Part shown: in pieces, positions 24,962 to 37,332 of the stretch
Position numbering within the stretch: the first letter of the stretch is position 1
Layout: the number at the start of each line of letters is the position of its first letter
Assembly: GCF_963921235.1 (NCBI RefSeq)
Contig: NC_086097.1
Coordinates: forward strand, 221,776,001-221,840,000
Length of the DNA: 64,000 bases
Origin: Mobula hypostoma
Lineage: Eukaryota
Direction: 5' to 3'
Translations under genes and position numbers: made by a program
Notes under the pieces: generated by a model
What the model was told of the DNA's origin: nothing
Databases searched by the model: none
What the model saw: the letters and a program-made list of their open reading frames with translations, nothing else

Positions 24962-27062
24962 AGACACAAGAACATGAGAAAATACAAGCAGAAGTAGGCC
25001 ACCAGCCCCCTCTAACCTGCTCTACTTTTTGATATGATCACGGCTCAAATTCCTCTTCTGTGCCCATTCCTAATTTCCTTGGTCTTTCAAATATGTATCT
25101 CCACCATAAGTATGTCTTATTATCTGGAATTTTTCACCCTCAAAAGCAGGGAATTTAAAAAGTTTACTACACTTCAGGAGAAGAAATTCCATACACCTCA
25201 GTTTTAAATGATTGGCCTCTATTTTGAAGATAAGCTTGCTCATTTGTTATTCCCCCATTTGTGAAAGTATTCCAACATCTACCCCATCAAACCTCCTTAG
25301 GATCTCAAATGTTTGAATTCTTCTAGACTTCAAGGTATACAGACCAAAACAGTCCAGCTTCTCTTGATAAGACAACACTCTCAAATGAGGACTTAGCCAG
25401 GTAAATCTTCTTTAGATTGCCTTGAATAATGGTATGTCAATTTTTAGGTAAGGAGATCTACCAAGCCTCACCACAACCCTGTACGAATGTAACAAAACCT
25501 TCTTAATTTTAAACTCCAACCCCTTTATAATACAGGCCAAATTTCTTTTTGCCACCTTATTTACTTATTGAAACTTTTATTCACCTTTTATGAGCCATGC
25601 ATTGAACTTCACTCATTTGCAGTCTATCCCCACCCTTAAACATTCCCACCAGCCTCATCTCCAAAACCCTAACCCCTTTATCAACAATTCCATCACCCAC
25701 TATCTCTAACCCGCCTAGATGTCTGATTCCCCAAATCCACATCATCTCTAAATCATCTAACCATCACCCTCAGTGTGACCTCCAGCTTCCCAGTTCTCCC
25801 TAGTGCTAGGCTACAGCCATAGAGCCATAGAGAAGTACAGCACAGAAACAGGCCCTTCAGCCCATCTAGTCCACACTGAAACCATTTAAACTGCCTATTC
25901 CCATCAGCTTGCACTGGCACCAAAACCCTCCATACCCCTACTATCTATGTACCAATCCAAACTTCTCTTAAACATTGACATTGAGCTCACATGCACCACT
26001 TGTGCTGGAAGCTCATTCCACACTCTCACAACCCTCTGGTTAAAGAAGCTTCCCCTCATGTTCCCCTTAAACTTTCCACCTTTCACACTTAACCCATAAC
26101 CTCTGGATGTAGTCCCACCCAACCTCAGTGGAAAAAAGCTTGCTTGTATTTACCCTATCTATAACCCTCATAATTTTGTATACCTCTATCAAATCTCCTC
26201 TCAATCTTCTATATTCTAAAGAATACAGTCCTAACTTATTCAGTTTTTCCTTGTAACTTTAGTCCCCCAGAGCCGGCAAATCCTTGTAAATTTTCTCTTG
26301 TACTATTTTCTGTTTAAAACTGAGATAAGGAAATACTGCTTTATACAAAATGTGTAAGAAATTCAGAATTCTTCCTCCTTATTGGATATCGCTGATGGGA
26401 AAATATGAGTTCTGCACACTAAAATTTTAAAAGAAATGGAGCTCAGATGGGCAAATAGAACTGAGATCCTAATCAGCTATGATTTGCTGAAAGGCTCATA
26501 GCCGAGTGATCTGCAGCTGTTTCTATGTTCCAGTTCAATTTGTTGCATGTCCTTCATCAAATTTGTTTATTTTTGATCACTTCTGTCAAAGGACTCTGAA
26601 TATTTCTCCCCAGTCATATATAGATATTAAATCTATACAACTGGAATGAATTTGCAGTAAATAGTTTCCTTGAGCTGATTTCTGATTTTGAACTAGATGT
26701 TTATGAAACTGACATCACTGGGAAGATTAGAGTTTATTACAATATTGTAAAATAACTCTGATGGTGTAGGAAAGACAGCTTTGAAATTGGATGTGGTGGC
26801 CATTATGTTAAAACAATTTATCTTGCTAAAATCAGCCCATTCTGGTTGGAAATTGCATCTAGAATAACATAACAGAGAAATATAGCACAGAGTCAGGCCC
26901 TTCAGTCCATCTCATACAAACTGACCAGTATGCCTACCTAAGCTAGTCACATTTGCCCCCATTTGGCCCATATTCCCCCTAAACATTCCTATCTAAACGT
27001 CTCTTAAATGTTATTGTGGTACCAGCCACAACTACCTTCTATGGAAGCTCGTTCCATATATG
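24962..27062 (-). mobile_element. Cluster of CR1 3' fragments (~24962-25620 old, ~25815-26300, ~26865-27062)
   Basis: ORF 25904-26122 (KFKGNMRGSFFNQRVVRVWNELP) and repeated CR1 3' termini (cagcacagaaacaggcccttc). Confidence 0.8.
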
Positions 27063-27099
27063 TTAGAATGTCTGAAAACAACCTATTATTTTTGAGTCA

Positions 27100-27260
27100 T
27101 AATCCCTATTTTAGGAAATGCTGCAACTAATTTGCAAAACAAAAGGTTCTACAGACATCACGAAAGTAATGACCAGATCTTTATGTATCCTCGCCATTTG
27201 ATTGATTGGTCTGGTTTGAGCATATCCTCTGTAGGAGAGCTTGCCTATTACTTTGCCGTC
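27100..27260 (-). mobile_element. Degenerate DeuSINE-like fragment
   Basis: taggaaatgctgcaactaatttgc...aatgaccagat resembles a recalled DeuSINE (SacSINE1-like) segment. Confidence 0.4.
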
Positions 27261-27769
27261 TATTACTTCAGTTTCTAGAGTATTTTATTTCTGAACTGGA
27301 ATTTCATTGCCTTAAATTTTACTTCACGGTATCTGATTAAAGCCATTGGATAGAGCCACAGAAACAGTATAAAGTTAGGTTTATTCTGGAGCACATTAAC
27401 CAGAACTCAAACAGCTGCAGATAAACATTGGATTAAACAGCAACTCTCTTCAAGTTTTACTCGGTTCAAGCTTCAGGCAGTTAGACAGCCCATCAGGGAA
27501 TAGGCTTTAGTTCATGTTGCAGCTGTTCAAGTTCCCAAAGCATCATTCACCAGTAAAGGATACTGTGCTTCATCTGTACAAAGTTATCTATTCGAGAGAC
27601 ATTTTGGAAATCTGTTCTCCCAGTTGAGCTATGATAGTTATTTTATTCAAAAGAGACCTAATCAGATCAAAATGGGCATTAGTTTCAGCTCATGGTTAAT
27701 ATCAGAAAGGTCCAATCACCTGGCTGTACTTCTACTCCCAGTGTATAGATAGATAAAAGGCCACAGCAC

Positions 27770-29951
27770 CAGTGGTGAGGACCAAGTAGTGTAGTCTGAA
27801 TGACAATGCCACAATTGTTACTGACTTCATCAACAGCTCTGCAGATGAGTGTGTGCCTTCGAAACATACTGGAGATACCCAAACCAGAAAACATGGGTGA
27901 AGCTGGAGATTCGTACATTGCTGAGGGCTAGATCTGTGGCATTCAGGACTGGTGATCCAGAAGCCCAGGTATAACCTACTGAGGCTATTTCAAGAGAGCT
28001 TAGAGACAGAATTGGATGCATGTCAACTCTGGTAGAGTTTCCAGGCCATTACTTCCTACAAAGCAAAATCTATTATCAAGAGTGGCAGTGATGCTTCACT
28101 CCCAGGCGAGCCTTTTCTGCAGAATAAAACTACACCTGTGTGAATCTCTGCAGCATCTGGTGTCTCTGTGATTTCTTTCTTCTGGCCAACGTTGGAGTAT
28201 CTTTCAAGGGGGTGAACCCTTGAAAAGTGCCAATCCCTGATGGTGTAGGTGGTGAGACTCTAAAAACCTGTGCCAACCCGCTGGCGGGAGTGTTCAAGGA
28301 TATCTTCAATCTCTCGCTGCTGCAGTCAGACGTTCCCACTTGCTACAAAAGTGTGACAGTCATACTTGTGCCCAAGAAGTCCAGGGTGAGCTGCCTCACA
28401 TCCACGCTGATGAAGTGCTTTGAGAGGTTGGTCATGATTAGAATCAACTCCTGCCTAAGCAAGGGCCTGTACCTGCTGCAGTTTGCCTATCACCACAATA
28501 GGTCTACAACAGATGCAATCTCATTGGCTCTCCACTTGGCCTTGGGTCACCTGGACAACAGCAATACCTACATCAGGCTGCTGTTTATTGATTAAATTCA
28601 ATTAGTTAAAGGCATCCGTTAGCCTTGCGAGACCATGGATCTGCGCCTGGAAAGTCTTCACTCTCCGGGGTGCAGGCCTGGGCAAGGTTGTATGGAAGAC
28701 CGGCAGTTGCCTATGCTGCAAGTCCCCCCTCTCCACGACACCGATGTTGTCCAAGGGGAGGGGCAAGGGCCGATACAGCTTGACACCAGTGTTGTCACAG
28801 AGCACTGTGTGGTTAAGTGCCTTGCTCAAGGACACAACACGCTGCCTCGGCTGAGGCTCGAACTCACGACCTTCACGTTTATTGACTACAGCTCAGAATT
28901 TAACACAATCATACCCTCAATTCTAATCAATAAACTCCAAAACCTGGGCCTCTGTAACTCTCTCTGCAACTGGATCCCTGATTTTCTCACTGGGAGACCA
29001 CAGTCAGTGAGGATCGGAATTAACATCTCCTCCTAGCTGACAATCAACACTGGTGTACCTCAAGGATGCATGTTTAGCCCACTCACGATTGTGTGTCTAG
29101 GTACAGTTCAAAGACTATCTATAAATTTGCCAACCACACAACTATTGTTGGTGGAATTTCAGATGGTGGCAAGGATGCTTACCAGAGTAAGGTAGATCAC
29201 CTGACTGGGTGGTGTCACAGCACTCAACATCACTCAATGTCAGTAAGACCAAAGATTTGATTGTGGACTTCAGGGAAGGGAAGTTGAGGAACACACACCA
29301 GTCCTCATTGAGGGACCAGAAGTGGGAAAGGTGAGCAATTTCAAGTTCCTGGGTGTCTACAGCTCTGAAGGTTTATCTTGGACCCATCATATTGACGCAA
29401 TTACGAAGAAGGCATGACAGCAGCTATATTTCACTAGGAGTTTGAGGAGATTTGTTATGTCACCAAAGACACTTTGTACATTTCTACAGACGTACTGTGG
29501 AGAGCGTTCTAACTGGTTGCATCACAGTCTGGTATGGAGGGGCCACTGCACAGCATTGGAAAAAGCTGCAGGAAGCTGTAAACTCAGCCATCTCCATTAG
29601 CCTCATCAGCATCCAGGACACCTTCTAAAGGTGGCATCCATCAGTTGGTACTCCAATCACCCTGGACCTGCCCTCTTTTCATTGCTACCATCAAGGTGGA
29701 AGTACAGGAGCCCGTAGATTCACACTCAGCATTTCAAGAACAGCTCCTTCCCCTCTGCTATCAGATTTCTGACTGGACAATGAACCCAGTATTTTTCCGT
29801 CACTTTTTGCATCACTTCTTTAATTTAATTTTCTTTTGTATATACACTTCTTAGTGTAATTTATAGTTTTATTATTATATATTCCAATGTATTGTTGCCG
29901 CAAAACAACAAATTTCACGATGTATGCCAGTGATATTAAACCTGATTCTGA
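27770..29951 (+). mobile_element. Rex1/Babar-type LINE, degenerate, with a SINE insertion
   Basis: ORF 28227-28595 ([26 protein letters not shown]) and [14 protein letters not shown]. The 3' end reads gatattaaacctgattctga. Confidence 0.9.
28592..28876 (-). mobile_element. tRNA-derived SINE, 5'-truncated
   Basis: 9-bp TSD GTTTATTGA (28583-28591 and 28877-28885). B-box GAGTTCGAGCC followed by GTGTCCTTGAGCAAGGCACTTAACC. Same family as 37882-38190. Confidence 0.85.
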
Positions 29952-30089
29952 AACCTCACCAAAGACATATCTCATAGTCATCTTCCCAACTTCCTATGTA
30001 ATCATATTGGTTTTAAGCACTTTTATGGAGTGATACAAGTAGTAGACAAACTTCAGTCAAACTATCACCTCTCCCCTACTTCTCCGCCC

Positions 30090-31290
30090 CCATTTGGGAT
30101 GGCCTGCACCTTAAGGTTCTGAAAGAAGTGGCTCTAGAGATAATGAATCCATTGTCTGTTATCTTCCAAAACTCCCCAGATACTGGAAAGGTTCCAACTG
30201 ACTGGAAAGCAACAAATGGGATAACTGTGAGATTACCCACTTAAAAGAGGGAAGAGTAAAATAGTATTCACTAAATGAACGTCCTTACACAAAACTCATT
30301 GGAAACTTTTATGCTGAAAAAAAGGAAGTAATTCAGAAGTAAAGTAGAAATTTGGTCCTCAATAGAAAGATGTTAAATTACAAGAGTAAGGAAGTCTTAC
30401 TATGGTCATCAGAATCAGTGTTCTTGATGGGTTCAATGTCAACATATAACTGAGTAGACTCAAGTTGGTCAGTTCTTGGATGGGAGACCACCTGAGAGTA
30501 TCAGGTTCAATGGGCTTGACTTCCAGGGGAAACATTATGATCCGAGCAACAGAGAAAATTTAGTCACCATCTTAATTTGTATGCATGCATGTTACAAACA
30601 AAGTAATAGCATGCAAACTAGATTATCAGTTTCTGATGAAAGGCCACAGATCTGAAAAGTTCGCTCTTTTGCTCTCTCCACTGGTCTGCTAAAGAGTTCA
30701 GATATTTTATGTTTTTAATTTTTTAATTATATGGTGCTTTGGTGAGACTATTCGTGGAGTACTGAATACGGATTTAGTCAACGTATTTAGGAAAAAATAC
30801 AGTATACATATCTCAGAAGTGGTGCAACCAAGGGCCACTGGATTGATTTATGTGATGAAGAGATTATCCTCTGAGGAAAGGTTGATTAGAATGGGCCCAC
30901 ATTCTCTGGAATTTAGTAGAAGAGGTGATTTCATTGAATCAAGATATAGTAGATGCTGTCAGGATATTTTCCCTGGCAGATTATAAATAAGAGCTCACCA
31001 TTTCAAACTGAGATGCAAATGATGATCTCTGAGGGAACTGTGAGTGTCTGGGATTCTCCAGCCCACTAAGCATTGAAGCGTGACAGAGTTTTGAGTGGTG
31101 AGAGCTGTGATTTATGTTCCAGAAAAATTATTTAAGGCTGAAGCAGAACTACCTTCAGATAACAGGGATGACAGCGGTTTGGTGGGAAGGGAACTTTGAA
31201 ACAATGGTCAAATAGGCCATGATCTTATTGGATAGAGGAACAAAGCTGAGATGCCACATTGCCTACTCTGACTTCATTTCTTATGTTCTT
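30090..31290 (+). mobile_element. Old CR1 fragments, interrupted at ~30398-30725
   Basis: Degenerate CR1 RT and 3' motifs (ctgaaagaagtggct, tggtgagac...tggagtactg, 3' tcttatgttctta). Confidence 0.7.
30398..30517 (+). pseudogene. 5S rRNA-derived sequence (pseudogene or SINE3-type head)
   Basis: tggtcagttcttggatgggagaccacctgagagtatcaggt...ggctt matches the 5S 3' half (TGGTTAGTACTTGGATGGGAGACCGCCTGGGAATACCGGGT...GGCTT). ctatggtcat matches 5S CTACGGCCAT at the expected 120-nt spacing. The middle is diverged. Confidence 0.75.
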
Positions 31291-31779
31291 ATTGGCCTAT
31301 CACCCACACTGTAGCACTTCGCAAAGATCTACACTTACGTTCCATTGAAAGGAGTGGGATCACTATTAACTCCCAGAACACTAGGAATTTCGTATACTAT
31401 TCACATAGTCCATTTTTTTGTCTCTCCTTCTTTATGGTGAGCAGCAGCTTTTGAAAAAGTGCTGACAAATTTAATAGTCTAAGCCTGTCCACTGCAGCTG
31501 CTTTCTGTGGAAAGATTCACTAAGAAAATTGAAACAATAAGTTGAAGAATATCCTTTTTTTCCACATTATTTTGATTTCTACCAAAGATAAAACACTGAT
31601 GTAGACAGCTGTTTTAAAATTTTCCCCAAAAAAAGCTATATATTGATTAATCATACTGTAAAAATTAGACTTTGTATGATCACATTGAACCTTAAATCTA
31701 TGTGCCATAGAACCCAGGGATATGTGCTTTAGCAGAGAGAACAGAAAGCATTGTGGAAGCATACAGTAAGTGAGACTGA

Positions 31780-32260
31780 GTGAGGCTAAACTCTTAAAAT
31801 GACATTGCTGACATTTAGAGAATCTGTGACTAATCCATTGATTTTTAAAAATATATTTTTCAAGCCAGTTCATTAAAGAGAGCCAGAGCAACTCCACGCT
31901 GCTCTGATGATTGATATAAAAAGACAAACTGTTGACAATGAACAACAGAGGGGCAATGGCTTTCATTTTCCAGTTCATAAATGTGGATAATTTCTTTGGC
32001 AAATCCAACTTCATGCCGAGCTATTTCTATTTAATTTGAAGGGAGGGTGTGTAGTTAGTTGCTGCCCTAATGGGTATTGTTTACAGGAGTCAGGAAGAAA
32101 GTGCCAACGCCCCAAGTACTTATTATCAAGAATTGATAATGAACAATAGGCTGTTTTGGCAAAGTTATTGATCTAAATCTTAACAATTTCATGTCATCAC
32201 TATGATAGGAAAAGAAATAAAATAAAGCTAATGAAATGTAGAACTTGTTTGAACAGCAAA
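31780..32260. promoter_or_regulatory. Candidate conserved non-coding enhancer
   Basis: No recognisable repeat. Motif cluster: TAATCC 31831, TGATTGAT 31908, TGTTTAC 32078, TGCCAA 32102, AACAAT 32142. Conservation untested. Confidence 0.35.
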
Positions 32261-32413
32261 ATCACATTAAACATTTAAGTCTCGATCCTGTGGCCAAACT
32301 AGAGTAGATCAGGATTAACCACAAAATGTTTGAGACAAGTTGATAATGATATGCAATTTCGAAACTGTCTACTCTGTAAATTATTTTCCGAGTTAACTTC
32401 AATTTCCAAGTTA

Positions 32414-32800
32414 CAGGCTGCCCCTGGCTAATGAATGGGTTCCATTTCACTGACGTAATTAAGTTGATTTTGTTCACAAGTCTGAAAATGCTCAAAAATC
32501 GCTCAACGTGGTAACCATAAATCTATAGCATTGTACTGAATGGCATCAGAAACATACAGGACAGATAAAGAACAATTATTAAAAGTTGGGGGTAGAGAGA
32601 TAGAGAGAGAGAAAGAGATAGAGATAGATAGATTGAGAAAGGGGGAGAGAGAGGGAGAGAGGGGTTGAGAGAGGGGAAACTAGCGTTGTTGTTTGTAGCA
32701 ATTAAAGTATGAATATCTGGCAGACTTTTGCATTTAATTATATTCTATACTCTGGGAGCTCATTCATACATATGGTTGTCTGGAGCCTGGAAATAGCCTG
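32414..32800. mobile_element. Possible Tigger/pogo-like MITE containing a (GA)-rich tract at ~32590-32680
   Basis: Imperfect TIRs CAGGCTGCCCCTGGC and GCCTGGAAATAGCCTG; TA on the left flank only. Confidence 0.35.
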
Positions 32801-33276
32801 TTTTGTTATTGTAAGGATGTCATATTTAATGTCTGACAATGCTGACATACACAAATTTGCTATGTGCAATTAAAGAAGAAAACCATATTGAAATTGAAAG
32901 AACATTAGAACAAGATAAAGTAATGTGTAAATAATTAAATGAATTATTAAAATGAATTGTTAAAATGAATAAACAGTCCAACAACTGATGACATATTTGT
33001 TACAACAAAATCACAAGGAACAACTAATCTCAAAAGCGATTTATAAAAGGTAGTTTTTTTAAGTAAGATCCAAAGAAATAACTTAATTCAAGATTAAATT
33101 TTATATTAAGCAAAGCTAGGTAAAATAGGAGATTGAATGATTGGAACATAAAACAGTACAGGCCCTTTGGTTTGGAAGATACAAAGATTTAAGTTGATGT
33201 ATTTTATAATCTAGGATTCAATCCAGTAATAATAGTATTTGTTAATGTAAGAATGGTGGAAATATTTAATGTGTTA

Positions 33277-33672
33277 TTCATCATCATCATTATGTGCTGT
33301 ATTGTATGACTTAGGCGATAATTATCTTTCCATGACCATGATTGTTCTTGGCAAATTTTTCTACAGAAATGGTTTGCTATCGCCTTGTTCTGGGCAGTGT
33401 CTTTACAAGATCAGTGACCAGAACCATTATCAATACTTTTCAGAGATTGTCTGCCTGACGTCAGTGGTTGCATATCTAGGACTTGTGATATGCACCAGTT
33501 GCTCATACAACCATCCTACACCTACTCCCATGGCTTCATATGACCCTGATTGGGCAGGTATGGGGGGGGGGAGGGCTATTCAGGTGCTACACCTTACCCA
33601 AGGGTTACCTGCAGGCTAGCAGAGGAAAGGAGTACCTTGCACCTCATTTGGTAGAGACCTATCTCTCCCCCA
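33277..33672 (-). mobile_element. Short retroposon with a (GAT)n tail, probably RTE-mobilised
   Basis: (ATC)n at ~33279-33290 matches the tail of the RTE at 11675. The GCAAACCA..AAAAATTTGCCAAGAACAA segment resembles RTE-related SINE bodies. Confidence 0.5.
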
Positions 33673-33764
33673 AAACCTGAGTATATGATTCGATTGGGTA
33701 AAAAATGATATTTGTAGAAACAGTTCACAACAGTATCAATTAAAAGGGTGTCAAGACCTTAATG

Positions 33765-33900
33765 GAATATTCACCACTTGCCTGGATGAGTCTGGCTCCA
33801 ACACTGCTCAAAGAGCTTGATATCAACCAATCTGGCATTCCATTCACCACTCTGAAATGTTCCTCTCATGTATATCATCCGCAAAATGCATGGCAGTATT
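33765..33900 (+). mobile_element. Ancient CR1/L2-group LINE fragment
   Basis: Translates as EYSPLAWMSLAPTLLKELD; a related minus-strand remnant is at ~44150-44410. Confidence 0.5.
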
Positions 33901-34649
33901 CTTCCTCTTGCACAGCATTTGGATAATCTGTAAACTGCTTTCACCTGAAGTGTCTGCTACACCAGCTGGAAGGAATCAGCAGCAACTGGAACCAAGCTTG
34001 CACCCTTATAGCTATTCTCACTTTCTATCTTTGTGAAAAAGCTGCAGCAAGAGGCATTTTCTTAACTCAGGAGTCCCTTTAGAGATACCTGAGGTAAAGA
34101 GGAACAGAGGACCCGCTACCTACAAAGGGGTGAGAAGAACAGAATGCAAGAAGCCGTTTAACTATATGAGCAACAGTTATTGGGAAAAGACAGCTCTAGC
34201 TGCTTAAGTGCTCTGGAGGAGCGGAGAGTGTGTTTGATATCATAGGACACATAACAGCCATAGATGATAATGGTAAGCTTTGGACTAATCCTCCATCTCC
34301 CTATTCCACTCTCTAAAATTGTGTATTGTCTTTTGATTTATAGACTGCAAATGATGTATGCATATCCTTTATAGTGGCCCACTCCCCTCCCAACCTATCA
34401 TTTTCACCGGCACTAATGCTTTCTATTTACAGAAAGCTAAACAGACAATTGGTACCTCTGTTTAATCCATCACTATCTAATACCAGCTCAGACAGAAATG
34501 CAGTGAGATCAGATTAGAATTAGATCAGTCAGTGATTAATCTTAGGATATGAACAGGCAGTGACTGAGTCACAGAAAACAGTGGCCCAGGTGGCAACTTT
34601 GTAGAAGATGATACTCCACGCTTATGTTTAAGGCTTATTTGACGACCAG

Positions 34650-35320
34650 GATATGACATCCTGTTTGTTGGGCATATGTGTGCCATGATGGCTGTGATCA
34701 CCTGGTTGCCAGCCATCTTAATTCTCCTACCCATTCCCACTGCCATGCCTGTCCTTGACATCACTTACAGTCAAGGTGAAGTTGCCAAGTCAATGCAAAT
34801 TAAACAACAGCACCTTATATTCCACTCAATTAGTCTCCAATGTGGTGGCATGAACACTGAATTCCCCTCTGTCCCTGTTTTCTTGTCTCCCTCTTCTGAA
34901 TCCACCTGGCCTCCATCACCATATCTCTTTCTGTCCCCCACCTTCTCCATCTGCCCATTACCCACACATTCCTCCCATTCATTCCCTTCTTCATCTCCCA
35001 ATCTTTATTCCATGCTCCACCCTCCTCTCCTGACAGATTCATCATCTTCAGCCCTTTGTAACTTCTATTTTCCTTTGCCATTCATACTCTTCCCCCGCAC
35101 CCACCCCACCATTCCTTATCTTCCAGCCTGGATCCACCTGCTACATGCCACTGCTTGCTCCACAGCTTCCCGTTTTTATACTGGCTATCTCCCCTCGATC
35201 TTTCAGTCCAAATAAAGAGCCTCAACATGACACATTGACTATCGATTACCATCCATATATGCTGCCTGACCAGCTGAGTTCCTCCAGCGTTCTTGTGCGT
35301 TACTTCTCAGACTTTTCATT
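34650..35320 (+). mobile_element. Old PLE 3' fragment (GIY-YIG C-terminus, pyrimidine-rich tract, decayed pLTR)
   Basis: QQHLIFHSISLQCGGMNTEF resembles the PLE C-terminus; atgctgcctgaccagctgagttcctccagc is pLTR-like. Confidence 0.7.
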
Positions 35321-35886
35321 GTTTCAATGAGATCCCCTTTCATTCTTTTAAACTCCAAGGAGTTTGAACTCAAGTTGACTCTACTTGATTGTTTTTTGAT
35401 GTTTGCTCTTACTTTTATTAAAGTAGATTCCAACAGTTTCCCAAATGGTAAATGTTAGGCTAGCAGGCCAATAGTTCCCTGCTTTATGACTCACTTCTTT
35501 CCTGAATAGTGATTTTCTGATCTCCTGGGAGGAGGTCAGAGATGAGGTTTCTCTCAACTCTAATATCCAGGGATTTTGGTAGCTATCATCCAACTGATGG
35601 GACTAGGCAGAATAACAGTTCAAGGTAGACTAGATGAGTCACAGGGCCTGTTTCTGCACTGTAGTGCTCTATAACTTGATGGGTTCAAAGGTACAAATAT
35701 TATCAAACCACGTATCAATATACAGTACAACTCTGAAATTTTTTCTTCTCCCTCATTCTTCTAATTCCAGCAAGTACTGGCCCAGAGCCATCAAATGCTC
35801 CTCATATGACAATCCTTTCAATCCCAGAATCATTTTCGTGAACCTCCATTGAACCGTCTTCAATGTCAGCACATCCTTTCTTAGAT

Positions 35887-36660
35887 AACCAAGGTAGAAC
35901 CTACAGGGTTAATGATAAGGCACTGAGGAGTGCAGTAGAACAGAGGGATCTGGGAATACAGATACAAAATTCCCTAAAAGTGGCGTCACAGGTAGATATG
36001 GTCGTAAAGAGAGCTTTTGGTACGTTGGCCTTTATTAATCAAAGTATTGAGTGTAGAAGTTGGAATGTTATGGTGAGATTATATAAGACATTGGTGATGC
36101 CGAATTTGGTGTATCGTGTGCAGTTTTGGTCACCTAATTACAGGAAGGATATTAATAAGGTTGAAAGAGTGCAGAGAAGTTTTATAAGGATGTTGCCGGG
36201 ACTTGAGAAACTGAGTTACCGAGAAAGGTCGAATAGGTTAGGACTTTATTCCCTGGAGCGTAGAAGAATGAGGGGAGATTTGATAGAGGTATATAAAATT
36301 ATGATGGGTATAGGTAGAGTGAATGCAAGCAGGCTTTTTCCACTGGTGCTAGGGGAGAAAAAAACCAGAGGATATGGGTTAAGGGTGAGGGGGGAAAAGT
36401 TTAAAGGGAAGATTAGTGGGGGCTTCTTCACACGGAGAGTGGTGGGAGTGTGGAATGAGCTGCCAGATAAAGTGGTAAATGCGGGCTCACTTTTAACATT
36501 TAAGAAAAACTTGGACAGGTACATGGATGGGAGGTGTATGAAGAGATATGGTCCGTGTGCAGCTCAGTGGGACTAGGCAGAAAAATGGTTCGGCACAGCC
36601 AAGAAGGGCCTAAAGGCCTGTTTCTGTGCTGTAATGTTGCTATGTTTTCTATGGTTTCTA
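35887..36660 (+). mobile_element. CR1 5'-truncated copy, same subfamily as 14678-17900
   Basis: ORF 35863-36576 closely matches the 14755-15450 region. TAGATAA is duplicated at 35882-35888 and 36659-36665. Confidence 0.95.
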
Positions 36661-36740
36661 GATAAGCAGCACAAAACTGCTCACAATACTCCATGTGAGG
36701 TCTCACCGATGCCCTATAAAGCCTCAACATTCCATCCTTG

Positions 36741-37332
36741 TGTAATTTCCTGGTTCACATGGTTTATATTTTTTCTCTGTTATGCTTTTCTGTTCTCTGT
36801 GTAAGATGTTTGCTTGGGTTAAAGATAGGAGGTAGGAGAAATGTGTGCCATCCAATGGGGATGAACAGATTCAGGGGAAGTTTCTCTGGTGAGGGACACA
36901 GGTTGGGTTTGGGGACTTTGAGAGGGGAAGAAGAGAGAAGACGCCGGAGAGAAGAGGTCAGAGGAGTCGACCCAGAGTGGGGCCGTGATTCGACGAAGTC
37001 CAGGGAGGTCGAAGGAGGATTGGTGGAGGGGAAACCGTGAGCTCCAATGTGTGCACATTAGACTGTTTCATTAAAATAGGCCCTTTTCTTTTTTATTTGC
37101 TTTTTCTTTACTAACCCTTTAGTCAAATTAAGAATTATAAAGCTAAATCTTTGAACTGTATGTGGTGTACTGTCCGTTATTTTGTGGTACTGATTTGTAA
37201 CAGGGAAACAAATCACGCAGCATCCACACAAACGGGGGAATTCCGGGGGCTTGCACTTCAATCTCACATGTTTGGCAGGCCCGGAGCATGTCTTCCCTAG
37301 ATTTATGCAGCTGACGGAATCAGAGTGTTACA
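36741..37332 (+). mobile_element. Solo LTR (592 bp), probably Gypsy
   Basis: Termini TGTAAT...GTTACA. 4-bp TSD CTTG/ATTG (one mismatch). The CR1 host resumes exactly on both sides. Confidence 0.8.

Noticed and set aside
28635..29036. Similar ORFs at 28635 and 37910 as a small gene family
   Set aside because: Both are antisense readings of the same tRNA-derived SINE.
30398..30517. Functional 5S rRNA gene
   Set aside because: The 5' half is heavily diverged, it is a single copy inside a LINE, and there is no oligo-T terminator.
31520..32014. 164-aa minus-strand ORF
   Set aside because: Composition is typical of AT-rich non-coding DNA and there is no domain; better explained as a candidate regulatory element.
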